Assembly (NCBI GenBank): GCA_049570475.1
Contig: CP186953.1
Location: forward strand, 1,120,001-1,184,000
Length of the DNA: 64,000 nt
Origin: Candidatus Methanosuratincola verstraetei
Lineage (GTDB): Archaea > Thermoproteota > Methanomethylicia > Methanomethylicales > Methanomethylicaceae
Direction of reading: 5' to 3'
A program made the translations under genes and the position numbers. Below, piece by piece: positions 1 to 8,506 of this stretch (positions are counted from its first letter, which is position 1; the number at the start of each line of letters is the position of its first letter). Under the pieces are notes generated by a model. It had not been told where the DNA came from. It was given only the letters and a program-made list of their open reading frames with translations, and searched no databases.

Positions 1-1
1 T

Positions 2-1021
2 ACAGGCAGCGGCAAATCCACAACTGCAATGAGCCTGGCCCTCCGGCTCTACTCTTTGGGATGCTCAGTCCTCATCTTGGACTGGCACGGCGAGCACTCC
101 CTGGCAGTCGAGGACGCTGGCGGGAGGGTGCTGAAGCCAGGCACCCAAGGCGGGCTCACCATAAACCCGCTGTCAGGGTTCAGCGGCAAAGACCTCGGTT
201 TCCAAGTTGAGTTCATCACTGACATCTTTGCCCAAGTCTTCCGCTTTACCCCTCCGCAGTCCTATATGTTCAGGGAAGCGCTCAAGGCGGCATTCAGGTC
301 CAAAATCACCCCGACCGTCTCTGACTTGATAGCTGAGCTGAGCCTGCTGCCCATGCGATCCAGCTGGGATCACGAGACGAGGATGGCGCTTATGAGGCGT
401 CTCAAGTCGTTCACAGAGGGGGCATGCGGATTTGCCTTGTCCGGTAACGATTCAATCCCGAGGGATGAGATTTTCCAGGGTCTGGTCTCCATTGATCTGA
501 CAAACCTCAAGGACGTCAACAACAGGACGATCTATGCGAACATCCTGATGAAGATGGTCTACGACTACTGCGTCCAGAGGGGAGGGAGCTCAGTTCTGAC
601 CCACGTCCTCTTCATCGAGGAGGCCCAGAATGTCTTCCCCCCCAGGCGCCCCGAAGACCCGATGACGATAGGCGAGAGGATACTCGCCGAGCTCAGAAAA
701 TTTGGGGAGGGGGTCGTCGTCATATCCCAGTTCCCCTCGTCTGTGTCCCAGGATGTAGTCAAGAACACTGCCGTGAGGGTTATACATGCAATAAGATCAG
801 GGGAAGACCTGCAGCTGATAGCGGCATCTACTTCGATGGACGAGAGGCAAGTGGGCGCAATACCCCTCCTCTCGGTCGGCGAAGCAATAGTGAGCCTTCC
901 GAGCAAGTCTGGAAACTTCTTCGTCAAGGTGTCTGCCGATCCGCTGCTCTCTGCATCTCGGTCGATCAGCGAAGGAAATCGTGGAGAGCCCCTTCCTTCT
1001 GGAGCCGTTCAACCCAATTGA
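2..1021 (+). CDS. HerA/VirB4-like (DUF87) ATPase, 5'-truncated by window edge
   Basis: Frame is open from base 2 and reads TGSGKSTT (Walker A) before the listed ATG; later ILDWHGEH, VLFIEEAQN (Walker B), ELRKFG, ISQFPS. Confidence 0.8.
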   Translation, partial: TGSGKSTTAMSLALRLYSLGCSVLILDWHGEHSLAVEDAGGRVLKPGTQGGLTINPLSGFSGKDLGFQVEFITDIFAQVFRFTPPQSYMFREALKAAFRSKITPTVSDLIAELSLLPMRSSWDHETRMALMRRLKSFTEGACGFALSGNDSIPRDEIFQGLVSIDLTNLKDVNNRTIYANILMKMVYDYCVQRGGSSVLTHVLFIEEAQNVFPPRRPEDPMTIGERILAELRKFGEGVVVISQFPSSVSQDVVKNTAVRVIHAIRSGEDLQLIAASTSMDERQVGAIPLLSVGEAIVSLPSKSGNFFVKVSADPLLSASRSISEGNRGEPLPSGAVQPN

Positions 1022-1538
1022 CGCTCCCTGGGGGCAGTCCCCGGCCGTTTATCGCTTCCCTGACGCTCGCAACTAGCCGCTGGAAGTCAAGTCCTGTGGC
1101 GTCGACCTCCAGGACCGCCTCCTCACCAAATGCCTCGACTGCGTTGACTAGGCAGGAGTCGAGGATTTCTGCCTGGAGATTTTCATCGACCTTTGAGGGG
1201 GGGTATCCCCTCTCTACAAGCCTTAGCCTCAATATCCTTGGATCGAGCCTTATCACAACCGCTCTCTCCACATACCTGGGGGGGACAACCTCTCCATAAT
1301 GCCCCTCTACAATGAACTTTGGGCCGTCTGCCTTCAGCGCCTTGGCGATCTCCCTCTTCAGCTTGGCCTCGTCAATTATCGCTGCCCCCCTCTCAGGATC
1401 TTCGCCTGAGAGCGCCCCAGCCTCCTTGGCAAGCGAGTTCAGCTCGATTAGCCTATACCCGTCTGCCCTTGCCAACTCTCTTGCTACTGTTGTCTTCCCA
1501 ACTCCGGGGGTGCCTGTAATGACTATTGTGTTCTTCAT
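966..1538 (-). CDS. AK6/Fap7-type adenylate kinase
   Basis: MKNTIVITGTPGVGKTT, IVEGHY, RGYPPSKVDENLQAEI; start moved to ATG at 1538. Confidence 0.85.
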   Translation of the reverse strand: MKNTIVITGTPGVGKTTVARELARADGYRLIELNSLAKEAGALSGEDPERGAAIIDEAKLKREIAKALKADGPKFIVEGHYGEVVPPRYVERAVVIRLDPRILRLRLVERGYPPSKVDENLQAEILDSCLVNAVEAFGEEAVLEVDATGLDFQRLVASVREAINGRGLPPGSVNWVERLQKEGALHDFLR

Positions 1539-1688
1539 CGCGGGTGGCCCTGTTGGTCTAAATGAAACAGGAATTAAAACATTGCTTGGCGCAGTCCCAT
1601 CGCTGAAAAAAAGCCCGAATAGATGCATGCTGTTAAAAAACAAAAATTGGGTTTGAAAAAGCAAAAAATGTTGGGCGTTTTAGCCCTT

Positions 1689-3329
1689 TCAGTCCTCTCC
1701 GGCTCCGCCTTCGCTCGGCTTCTCTGGTGCCTTGGGGCCGCTGCCCTTCGAGGAAGCTATGACGTCGTCGATCCTCAGTATCATCGCGGCTGCCTCGGCA
1801 GCGGACTTGATTGCCTGGACCTTCACAGCCAGGGGCTCCACTACCCCTAGCTTGAGCATGTCGCCCGTCTTGCCCTCCTTGACATTCACCCCGGCCCAGA
1901 TCTCGCCCTTGTCGTGGAGCGCCCTCAGCTCTACGAGGACATCGATCGGGTCCATGCCGCCGTTCTCGGCCAACGTTCTCGGTATCGCCTCAAGGCTGTC
2001 CGCAAATGCTTCGATGGCTAGCTGCTCCCTGCCTCCGATGCTTGCTGCAAAGTCCCTAAGCTGCTTCGCTGCCTCGAGCTCAGGTGCGCCTCCGCCGGCG
2101 ACAATCCTGCCGTCCTCGATCACGTCGGCAACTACGCAGAGCGCATCGTGGAATGTCCTCTCAGCCTCGTCGACGACCCTCATCAGCCCTCCCCTGAGCA
2201 GGACGCTGACTGCCTTGGGGTTCTTGCACCCTTCGATGAAGGTCAGCTTGTCCTCGCCGAACTTCTTCTCCTGCACGATCTTGGCCTCTCCCAGATCGGC
2301 TGGGGTGAGGTCGTCCAGGTTCGTGATGATCCTGGCGCCAGTCGCCTTTGCAACCTTCTCGATGTCAGACTTCTTGACGCGCCTCAGTCCAAGGATCCCT
2401 TCCTTTGCGAGGTAGTGCTGGGCTATGTCGTCGACGCCTTTCTGGCAGAGGACTACGTTCGCTCCCGCGGACTTGATCTTGGCAACCATGTTCTTCAGGA
2501 GCTTCTCCTCCTCTTCGATGAAGCTCTTCATCTGAGTCGGGTCAGTGATCCTGATCTCTGCGTCGAACTCGGTCTTCTCGATCTCGAGAGGCGTGTCCAG
2601 CAGGGCTATCTTGGCATTCTCAACCACCTTCGGCATCCCTGGGTGGACCACTTCCTTGTCCACTATCACGCCATAGACGAGCTGGCTGTCCGCGATGCTT
2701 CCGCCCTGTTTCTTGACTATCTGGATGTAGTCTAGGTCTGCGATGTACTTGTCGCCGCGCCTCTCCGCGATTGCCTTAACGGCTTTCATTGCCATGTCTG
2801 CAAAGTAGTCCTGGTTCCCGACAGAGGCCTTGCTGTTCATCGCGGTGTAGGCAATCATCTTAAGGTTCTTCTCGTCATCAAAGCCCACCGGTATCGCTAT
2901 CTTCGATAGCACCTCTACTGCCTTCTCTGCCGCCTTCTTGTAACCTTGGACGATGAGGGTCGGGTGTATGTTCTTGTCTATCAGGTCCTCTGCCTTCTTC
3001 AGCAGCTCTCCGGTGATCACCACCGAGGAGGTCGTCCCGTCCCCGACCTCGTCATCTTGGGTCTTCGAGATCTCTACCATCATCTTGGCAGCAGGGTGCT
3101 GTACCTCGATCTCCCCTAGGATCGTTGCACCGTCGTTAGTGACAGTTACGTCGCCAAGGGTGTCAACAAGCATCTTGTCCATCCCCTTGGGACCCAAAGT
3201 CGTCCTGACAGCCTCAGCTATGGCCCTGGCTGCCATCATGTTTATCTTCTGTGCCTCTCTTCCTTGTGTTCTCTGGGTTCCTTCCTTCAAAATTAAGACT
3301 GGAACTCCACCGAGTTGAGCGGTTGACAT
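1689..3329 (-). CDS. ths: Thermosome (group II chaperonin) subunit
   Basis: [24 protein letters not shown] motifs; AGGTGG SD before ATG at 3329. Confidence 0.97.
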   Translation of the reverse strand: MSTAQLGGVPVLILKEGTQRTQGREAQKINMMAARAIAEAVRTTLGPKGMDKMLVDTLGDVTVTNDGATILGEIEVQHPAAKMMVEISKTQDDEVGDGTTSSVVITGELLKKAEDLIDKNIHPTLIVQGYKKAAEKAVEVLSKIAIPVGFDDEKNLKMIAYTAMNSKASVGNQDYFADMAMKAVKAIAERRGDKYIADLDYIQIVKKQGGSIADSQLVYGVIVDKEVVHPGMPKVVENAKIALLDTPLEIEKTEFDAEIRITDPTQMKSFIEEEEKLLKNMVAKIKSAGANVVLCQKGVDDIAQHYLAKEGILGLRRVKKSDIEKVAKATGARIITNLDDLTPADLGEAKIVQEKKFGEDKLTFIEGCKNPKAVSVLLRGGLMRVVDEAERTFHDALCVVADVIEDGRIVAGGGAPELEAAKQLRDFAASIGGREQLAIEAFADSLEAIPRTLAENGGMDPIDVLVELRALHDKGEIWAGVNVKEGKTGDMLKLGVVEPLAVKVQAIKSAAEAAAMILRIDDVIASSKGSGPKAPEKPSEGGAGED

Positions 3330-3441
3330 AGAATCCACCTCAAACAAATTGCATGAAGAAAGACTTTTACACTTCTATATATAGATTTCTGTCTGGGGTA
3401 GGACTCTGGTCGGAGCGTATGGGCGCGAAACTGCCCGAAAA

Positions 3442-3672
3442 TCAGATCCCTAGCTTAGTCATTGCCAGCAGCTTCCTGCTGGCCATCTTGATGTCATCAG
3501 AGTTCACAGTCTTCCTGCCTGCATGCTTGGCCAGCGCCACGGCGTCCCTGGCGATCTCGAGCGCAAGCGTCTCTAGCACTTCCCTCAGCGCTTCCGAGGC
3601 TTCGTCGCTGACCCTCTCTGCACCTGCCTTCCTCATCAGCCGGTCTATCGCGGAAATAGCCAAGTCCGTCAT
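3442..3672 (-). CDS. Archaeal histone (HMf family)
   Basis: AGAERVS...AKHAGRKTV..DDI histone-fold signature. Confidence 0.93.
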   Translation of the reverse strand: MTDLAISAIDRLMRKAGAERVSDEASEALREVLETLALEIARDAVALAKHAGRKTVNSDDIKMASRKLLAMTKLGI

Positions 3673-3802
3673 AGTTATCCTAATAGGGTATGTCTGGGGC
3701 GTTTAAAATATTTCCCCTACAAAGGGCTCGAGACGCATTTCCGGATATCACAAATTATAAATTATGGTTCTAATATCGGGTTGATAGCCTGTGGTGACTG
3801 GT

Positions 3803-4228
3803 TTGGGAAAGGTTCGGATAGGGAAGGTAAAGAGCATCTCAAATGAGCTTGTCCTCAAGTTCGGTGGCGTTTTCACTACTAATTTTGAAGAGAACAAAAA
3901 GCTGGTTCAGCAGTATACCGACATCACCAGCAAGAGATTGAAGAACAGGGTCGCGGGCTACATTACCCGCCTCAAGGTGAATGAGAAGAAACGGGAAGAG
4001 GCTGAGGCTGCAGAGGCTGAGAAGGTGGCTGAGTCTGAGCCGAAGCAGACCCTGGACATTGAAGGGGAACCGAAGGCACTTGAGGAGACGGCGGAGGGGC
4101 CCGAATCACAGGAGCCTGAGGCCGGCGGCGGGTCCGGCGAGCCTACTGATAAGACCACCACCGAGGCCGCTCCTGCAGAGGGCGAGAATGCCGAAACCAG
4201 CACCGATGTGAAGGGCGCCGCCCAATAA
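3803..4228 (+). CDS. rps17e: 30S ribosomal protein S17e with long acidic C-terminal tail
   Basis: MGKVR...FTTNFEENK...SKRLKNRVAGYIT; TTG start after GGTGA SD. Confidence 0.93.
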   Translation: MGKVRIGKVKSISNELVLKFGGVFTTNFEENKKLVQQYTDITSKRLKNRVAGYITRLKVNEKKREEAEAAEAEKVAESEPKQTLDIEGEPKALEETAEGPESQEPEAGGGSGEPTDKTTTEAAPAEGENAETSTDVKGAAQ

Positions 4229-4362
4229 ACCTTCATTCTTTCTTGTCCTGAAAAAAGCCAGGGCTGGCATGCGAGCAGCGCAATGCCGCCCTATATAACC
4301 ATGCCCCCCTCAATTCGATCATGAATGGGGATGCGGATATTATATTAGTAAATCAAGCATAG

Positions 4363-4436
4363 ATCAGATCGGAATGAAGTGGTTGACCTGCACTGAGTCA
4401 GTCGATGAAGAGTAGCACCTCCACTGACCTTTGATG
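4363..4436 (+). ncRNA. Box C/D methylation guide sRNA
   Basis: C ATGAAGT 4374-4380, 12-nt guide, D' CTGA 4393-4396, C' ATGAAGA 4405-4411, 12-nt guide, D CTGA 4424-4427; terminal pairing ATCAGA/TTTGAT; AT-rich TATA-like element just upstream. Confidence 0.85.
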
Positions 4437-4455
4437 ACCACCGGGGTAAGGTATA

Positions 4456-5280
4456 TTGAGCTCCCGCCTTCCGACCATATCCTCAGTGGCAATCGATGAT
4501 CTCCGCCCCCACGAAGAGTATGACAGGCAGATCCTTTACGAGATCGCCCTCTCCCTGCAGACCGAGCGGGTGGTCAGGGATCCGATCATCGTGGACGCCT
4601 CTAGCCTCATGATACTAGACGGGACCCACCGGTACTGGGCGCTGCGCCGGATGGGCTGCCTCTCAGCCCCAGTGGCGATGTACGACTACGCCTCCAGCTC
4701 CATTGGCGTCTCCCGGTGGGACCGCTGTATAGCCTCGCCGGCAATCTTCCTCCCGAACAGAAAGATCAGGGTCGAGTACTCCAACGAAATGGAGGCCTTG
4801 GCTGCAATAATGGACCGCAAGGCAAGCCTTGCGATCATAGGCTTATCGGGATCGCAGTTATTGGTTGAGGAAGGGTTTGAGATACACCGCGCATATTCCT
4901 TGCTCAGCGAGCTAGAGACCGAGCTCAGGGCCAAAGGGTGCGGAATATCCTATGCGACAGAGGAAGACTCTTTCTTGCGGCTCAAAAAGGGGGAGTTCTC
5001 TTGGGTAATTGTCCCCCCGGCAATAAAGAAGGATGAAGCCCTTGAGGCTGCACTGAGCGGGCGCCTCTTCCCAATAAAGTCAACGAGGCACATAATCCCG
5101 TCACGCCCGATCAACCTTCGCATCCCGATAGGGTGGCTCATGGATCCTCCTGAGACAGTCAATTCAAAGCTCCAAGATCTTTTGTCGCGCCTCTCCTTCA
5201 GGAGGGTAAGAGCGGGCGCAATTTTGGGCGGGCGCCGGTACGAGGAAGAGGTTTATATCGGTGAGCCATCCAACCCATGA
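4456..5280 (+). CDS. ParB/Srx-fold protein, probable SerK-family free-serine kinase
   Basis: LRPHE, ILDGTHRYWAL and C-terminal FPIKSTRH motifs typical of archaeal SerK-like proteins. Confidence 0.6.
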   Translation: MSSRLPTISSVAIDDLRPHEEYDRQILYEIALSLQTERVVRDPIIVDASSLMILDGTHRYWALRRMGCLSAPVAMYDYASSSIGVSRWDRCIASPAIFLPNRKIRVEYSNEMEALAAIMDRKASLAIIGLSGSQLLVEEGFEIHRAYSLLSELETELRAKGCGISYATEEDSFLRLKKGEFSWVIVPPAIKKDEALEAALSGRLFPIKSTRHIIPSRPINLRIPIGWLMDPPETVNSKLQDLLSRLSFRRVRAGAILGGRRYEEEVYIGEPSNP

Positions 5281-5292
5281 AGGGGATCCTCC

Positions 5293-5574
5293 ATGAAAGT
5301 GAGGGTGAAGTACATGGCTGTGCTGAGGGGTCTGTCTAAGGATCCAGAGAAGGACGTTGACTTCAATGGTAGCACCTTGGCTGAGCTCGTCGACTTCCTT
5401 AGGGGCGCGGAGGCCGAACCGTTAAAGTCCAGGATGTTCGGCGAGGGCGACAAGATGCGTCCTGACATAGTTGTGTTCATCAATGATTCTGACTCGATGC
5501 TGACCGGTGGGATGGCATCCCCGCTGAAGGAGGGGGACGAGATCGTCTTCCTACCATCTGTGCATGGCGGATAG
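5293..5574 (+). CDS. Ubiquitin-like sulfur carrier (MoaD/SAMP/Urm1-like)
   Basis: 93 aa beta-grasp pattern, LKEGDEIVFLPSVHGG C-terminus. Confidence 0.9.
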   Translation: MKVRVKYMAVLRGLSKDPEKDVDFNGSTLAELVDFLRGAEAEPLKSRMFGEGDKMRPDIVVFINDSDSMLTGGMASPLKEGDEIVFLPSVHGG

Positions 5575-6171
5575 GTGTCAGGAATGGAAATGCTTGTTCT
5601 GGACTGGGGCAGGGTCCACTCTTCCGTACTGGAGCTATCACGGAAAATAGAAGGGAGCGGATTCCGCCCCGACTCGATTGTAGGCGTCGCCCGGGGAGGC
5701 TGGGTCGTGGCAAGGCTGCTCTCTGACCTGCTCGGGGTTGACGATCTGCTCTCAATCAGGGTCTCATTTTACAGTGGGGTAGGCCAGCGGGAAGCCAGGC
5801 CAAAGATAATATCACCCATTGGAGGCGATATCAGGGGAAAGCGGGTGCTTATTGCTGATGACGTTGCAGACACGGGCGAGAGTCTTCTCCTGGTGGTGAG
5901 CCACCTCTCTGCCCTGGGGGCTTCGGAGATAAAGGTCGCCACGCTCCACGTCAAGCCTTGGTCGAGGATGAAGCCTGACTACTTTGTGGAGAGCACGGCG
6001 AGCTGGATACTTTATCCGTGGGAGTACCGTGAAACTATATCTAACCTCATCAGGGAATGGGGCAAGGAAGGGATCGATCCAGCTGGAGCAAAGGAGAGGC
6101 TGGTGGGCGCTGGCATACCTTTAGAGATCGTTGAGAAGTTCTCTCCCGTAATGCCCAAGGAGATCCGGTAA
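5575..6171 (+). CDS. Purine phosphoribosyltransferase (type I PRTase)
   Basis: VARGG, VLIADDVADTGESL, WILYPWE. Confidence 0.88.
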   Translation: MSGMEMLVLDWGRVHSSVLELSRKIEGSGFRPDSIVGVARGGWVVARLLSDLLGVDDLLSIRVSFYSGVGQREARPKIISPIGGDIRGKRVLIADDVADTGESLLLVVSHLSALGASEIKVATLHVKPWSRMKPDYFVESTASWILYPWEYRETISNLIREWGKEGIDPAGAKERLVGAGIPLEIVEKFSPVMPKEIR

Positions 6172-6172
6172 G

Positions 6173-6730
6173 ATGCGGGTGTGCAATCTGGGGAAAGGGC
6201 AGTTCGCACTGCTGCTGATGTCAGGCCTGAGGCCGAGGCCTGGGGCGGATCCAAGGCCGCTGCTAGCGAAATACTCTGAGTCGCCGAGCCTGCAGATCCT
6301 TGATGCATGCCTTGTAGCAGGCGAGGCCCATCTAATCACCGCTGCGACTCTTGCAAAAAGATCTTGGGAGGCAGGAGAAAACGTATCCAGGACCCCTGCA
6401 AACGAGGTCTTGCTCTACGCGTCATCCAAGCGGCAGATCAGGGAGGCAATAGAATTCATGGGGGTCCGGGATCACTCCGAGGGGTGGGTTGCAGTCGCTG
6501 TCTGCGAGAGCGAATCCCAGGCAATGTGTGTGATGCAGGATCTGCTGGCGGCGGGCACCGAGGACGACTCCCTCATAGACCTCTGCGACTCCAAGTGCCC
6601 CTTTATCGAAAGCAAGTTCGGGATCTCTTGGGATGAGGTATTGTGCACAATTCCTCTGGTGGGATCGAGAGTCAGGGCTGTGTCCTCACTAGTAGTGGAG
6701 AGGGTCTCAATCTCGGATCTCTTTAGGTGA
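6173..6730 (+). CDS. cgi121: KEOPS subunit Cgi121
   Basis: HL..A..A.R.W, EVLLYASSKRQIREAI..MG, C-terminal VVERV. Confidence 0.8.
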   Translation: MRVCNLGKGQFALLLMSGLRPRPGADPRPLLAKYSESPSLQILDACLVAGEAHLITAATLAKRSWEAGENVSRTPANEVLLYASSKRQIREAIEFMGVRDHSEGWVAVAVCESESQAMCVMQDLLAAGTEDDSLIDLCDSKCPFIESKFGISWDEVLCTIPLVGSRVRAVSSLVVERVSISDLFR

Positions 6731-6733
6731 AAT

Positions 6734-7936
6734 CTAATTTTTCCCGAGGGCCTCCTCCTGCATCTTTGTGACCGAGACTATATCGCCAGGCTTAATCACC
6801 GAAATCCCGGCTACGTCCCTGATCAACTCTATGTCGACTATCCAGTCGGGGTGCTCAAGATCCACCTTCCTCTCGATCTCCCGGGCCACTTCCCTGATCA
6901 GCCCTGAGGAGCTGATCTCCGAACCCCTCTTGTTCACGGTTATCCTGAACGTCGCCCCCTCTGGTATCGACCCAGCGAGCCGCCTGACGGCTGCCCTTAT
7001 ATCCTCGGCTTCTGCCCTGGTCACCTCCTGGATCGGGGTGACCTTCTGGACGAACCTTGCCCTCCAAGGATCTTCCGCCAATTTGGCTGCGAGCGCCTTG
7101 CAGAACTCTACCGGGTCGGATTGCACTTCGCCTTTCAGGAGCCCAGGGAAGCCCGTCCTCGAGAACCTGATCGAAGGCTCTCCAGAAAGGGTCACGAGTT
7201 CCCTCATGCAGTTCCTCTCGTTGCCCCTCTGAGTCGTCACGATTATGTTGAACTCCTCTCCCCTGCCCGGCGTTCCCATCTGCGGCGACCTCCCGCCCAA
7301 AGCCTCCCTTATCCTCTCTACGTCTATCGGCCCCTCTCTAATAAGCCAGACCCCGTCGGCTATCTTCTTACCGACTTCGGGGATCGGATCCCCTATCTCG
7401 ACTACGGTGGAGGCCATCCCAGCTGGCGCCTTACCTGCGTCAACAACGATCTCGACCTCGTTGAGGATCTCTGGATCAAGATCCCCCGCGGCGATCGCCG
7501 CCCTCCTGCCTGAGACATTTGCGCTCGTCCCGACCAGCGCGCCGCCGGATGCCGCTATGATTGCGATTGCAATTGGATGGTCAGGGACCCTGACGCCAAC
7601 CTTCTGCCTGCCGCCGGTCAGTTCCTCTGGTAGCCTCTCCCTGAGGGGCGCAACTATTGTGAGCGCGCCTGGCCAGAATCTCTCAGCGAGATCCCTCCCT
7701 GCCTTTCCCAGGTCGACCAGCCTCTCGGCTGACTGGAGGGAGTCGACCAGCACGGGCATCGGCTTCTTCTCCCTCCTCTTTGCTGCGAAGACTTTCCTGA
7801 CTGCCTCTGCGTTCCTCGGATCGCAACCTATGCCGTAGACTGTGTCGGTGGGGTAGACTATTATTCCGCCCCCCCTGACGATTCTCCCGATCTCGCTCGG
7901 GTCGAACCCTTCGGCTGCGCATACCCAGCGTGGCAT
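6734..7936 (-). CDS. TsaC/YrdC (Sua5 N-domain) threonylcarbamoyl-AMP synthase fused in frame to a THUMP domain
   Basis: YPTDTVYGIGCD, FWPGALT, GVRVP, TSANVSG, STVV, REG; then TFRITVNKRG...KVDLEHPD; start set at ATG 7936. Confidence 0.85.
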   Translation of the reverse strand: MPRWVCAAEGFDPSEIGRIVRGGGIIVYPTDTVYGIGCDPRNAEAVRKVFAAKRREKKPMPVLVDSLQSAERLVDLGKAGRDLAERFWPGALTIVAPLRERLPEELTGGRQKVGVRVPDHPIAIAIIAASGGALVGTSANVSGRRAAIAAGDLDPEILNEVEIVVDAGKAPAGMASTVVEIGDPIPEVGKKIADGVWLIREGPIDVERIREALGGRSPQMGTPGRGEEFNIIVTTQRGNERNCMRELVTLSGEPSIRFSRTGFPGLLKGEVQSDPVEFCKALAAKLAEDPWRARFVQKVTPIQEVTRAEAEDIRAAVRRLAGSIPEGATFRITVNKRGSEISSSGLIREVAREIERKVDLEHPDWIVDIELIRDVAGISVIKPGDIVSVTKMQEEALGKN

Positions 7937-8011
7937 ATCAAGATGATGATCATAGACATGCTTAAATATTTCAAGCTCACGAAAACTCTTTGCTCTCTGG
8001 AGGTATTTGGA

Positions 8012-8143
8012 TTGTTGTATATGGAAGAGGACTTCGATGACGACTGGACTGAGGACGAAGAAGAGGATGAATGGCCTGAGGACGAAGAAGAGGATGAATG
8101 GCCTGAGGACGAAGACGAAGACTTCGAGGAAGAAGAGTGGTGA
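8012..8143 (+). CDS. Very small Asp/Glu/Trp-rich protein
   Basis: GGAGGT SD at 7999-8004 ahead of in-frame TTG 8012 (alternative ATG 8021); MEEDFDDDWTEDEEEDEWPEDEEEDEWPEDEDEDFEEEEW; T-rich tract after the stop. Confidence 0.65.
   Translation: MLYMEEDFDDDWTEDEEEDEWPEDEEEDEWPEDEDEDFEEEEW
8051..8104 (+). repeat. 27-bp perfect tandem repeat x2 (EDEEEDEWP)
   Basis: gaggacgaagaagaggatgaatggcct at 8051-8077 and 8078-8104, partial third copy. Confidence 0.95.
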
Positions 8144-8179
8144 TCTTCTTCCCTTCCTGTTTTGTTTGGGGGTAACTAA

Positions 8180-8482
8180 GTGGAATTCTGTCCAAAATGC
8201 GGGAAATTGCTGATGCCCGAGAAGAAGGACGAGAAGATATTCTTGGTATGCAAGTCGTGCGGCTTTCAGAAACCGACCGCCGAGACGAAAGGGTACAAGA
8301 TTGTGCAGCCTGTAGACGAGAGCAAGAGGAGGACGACCCTGATCGTTGAGGCCTCCCAGGTAAAGGGGAAGCGCCGGAAGGAGGAAGAGCACGAGCTGAT
8401 AGCCGACAACTATGACCTCTATTCAGAGTCAATGCTCGAGGAAGAAGAGGAAAGCGAATCTGAAGACAGCGACTTCGAATAG
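8180..8482 (+). CDS. TFS/RpoM paralogue lacking the C-terminal zinc ribbon (TFS2-like)
   Basis: MEFCPKCGKLLMP...CKSCG N-terminal ribbon; no second CxxC pair or catalytic acidic hairpin; acidic tail. Confidence 0.75.
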   Translation: MEFCPKCGKLLMPEKKDEKIFLVCKSCGFQKPTAETKGYKIVQPVDESKRRTTLIVEASQVKGKRRKEEEHELIADNYDLYSESMLEEEEESESEDSDFE

Positions 8483-8506
8483 GGTCCTTCTCGGGGGCAA
8501 GCACAG

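Noticed and set aside
7937-8392. N-terminal 152 aa of the 552-aa minus-strand ORF
   Set aside because: Antisense read-through of the acidic peptide and TFS-like genes; real start is at 7936
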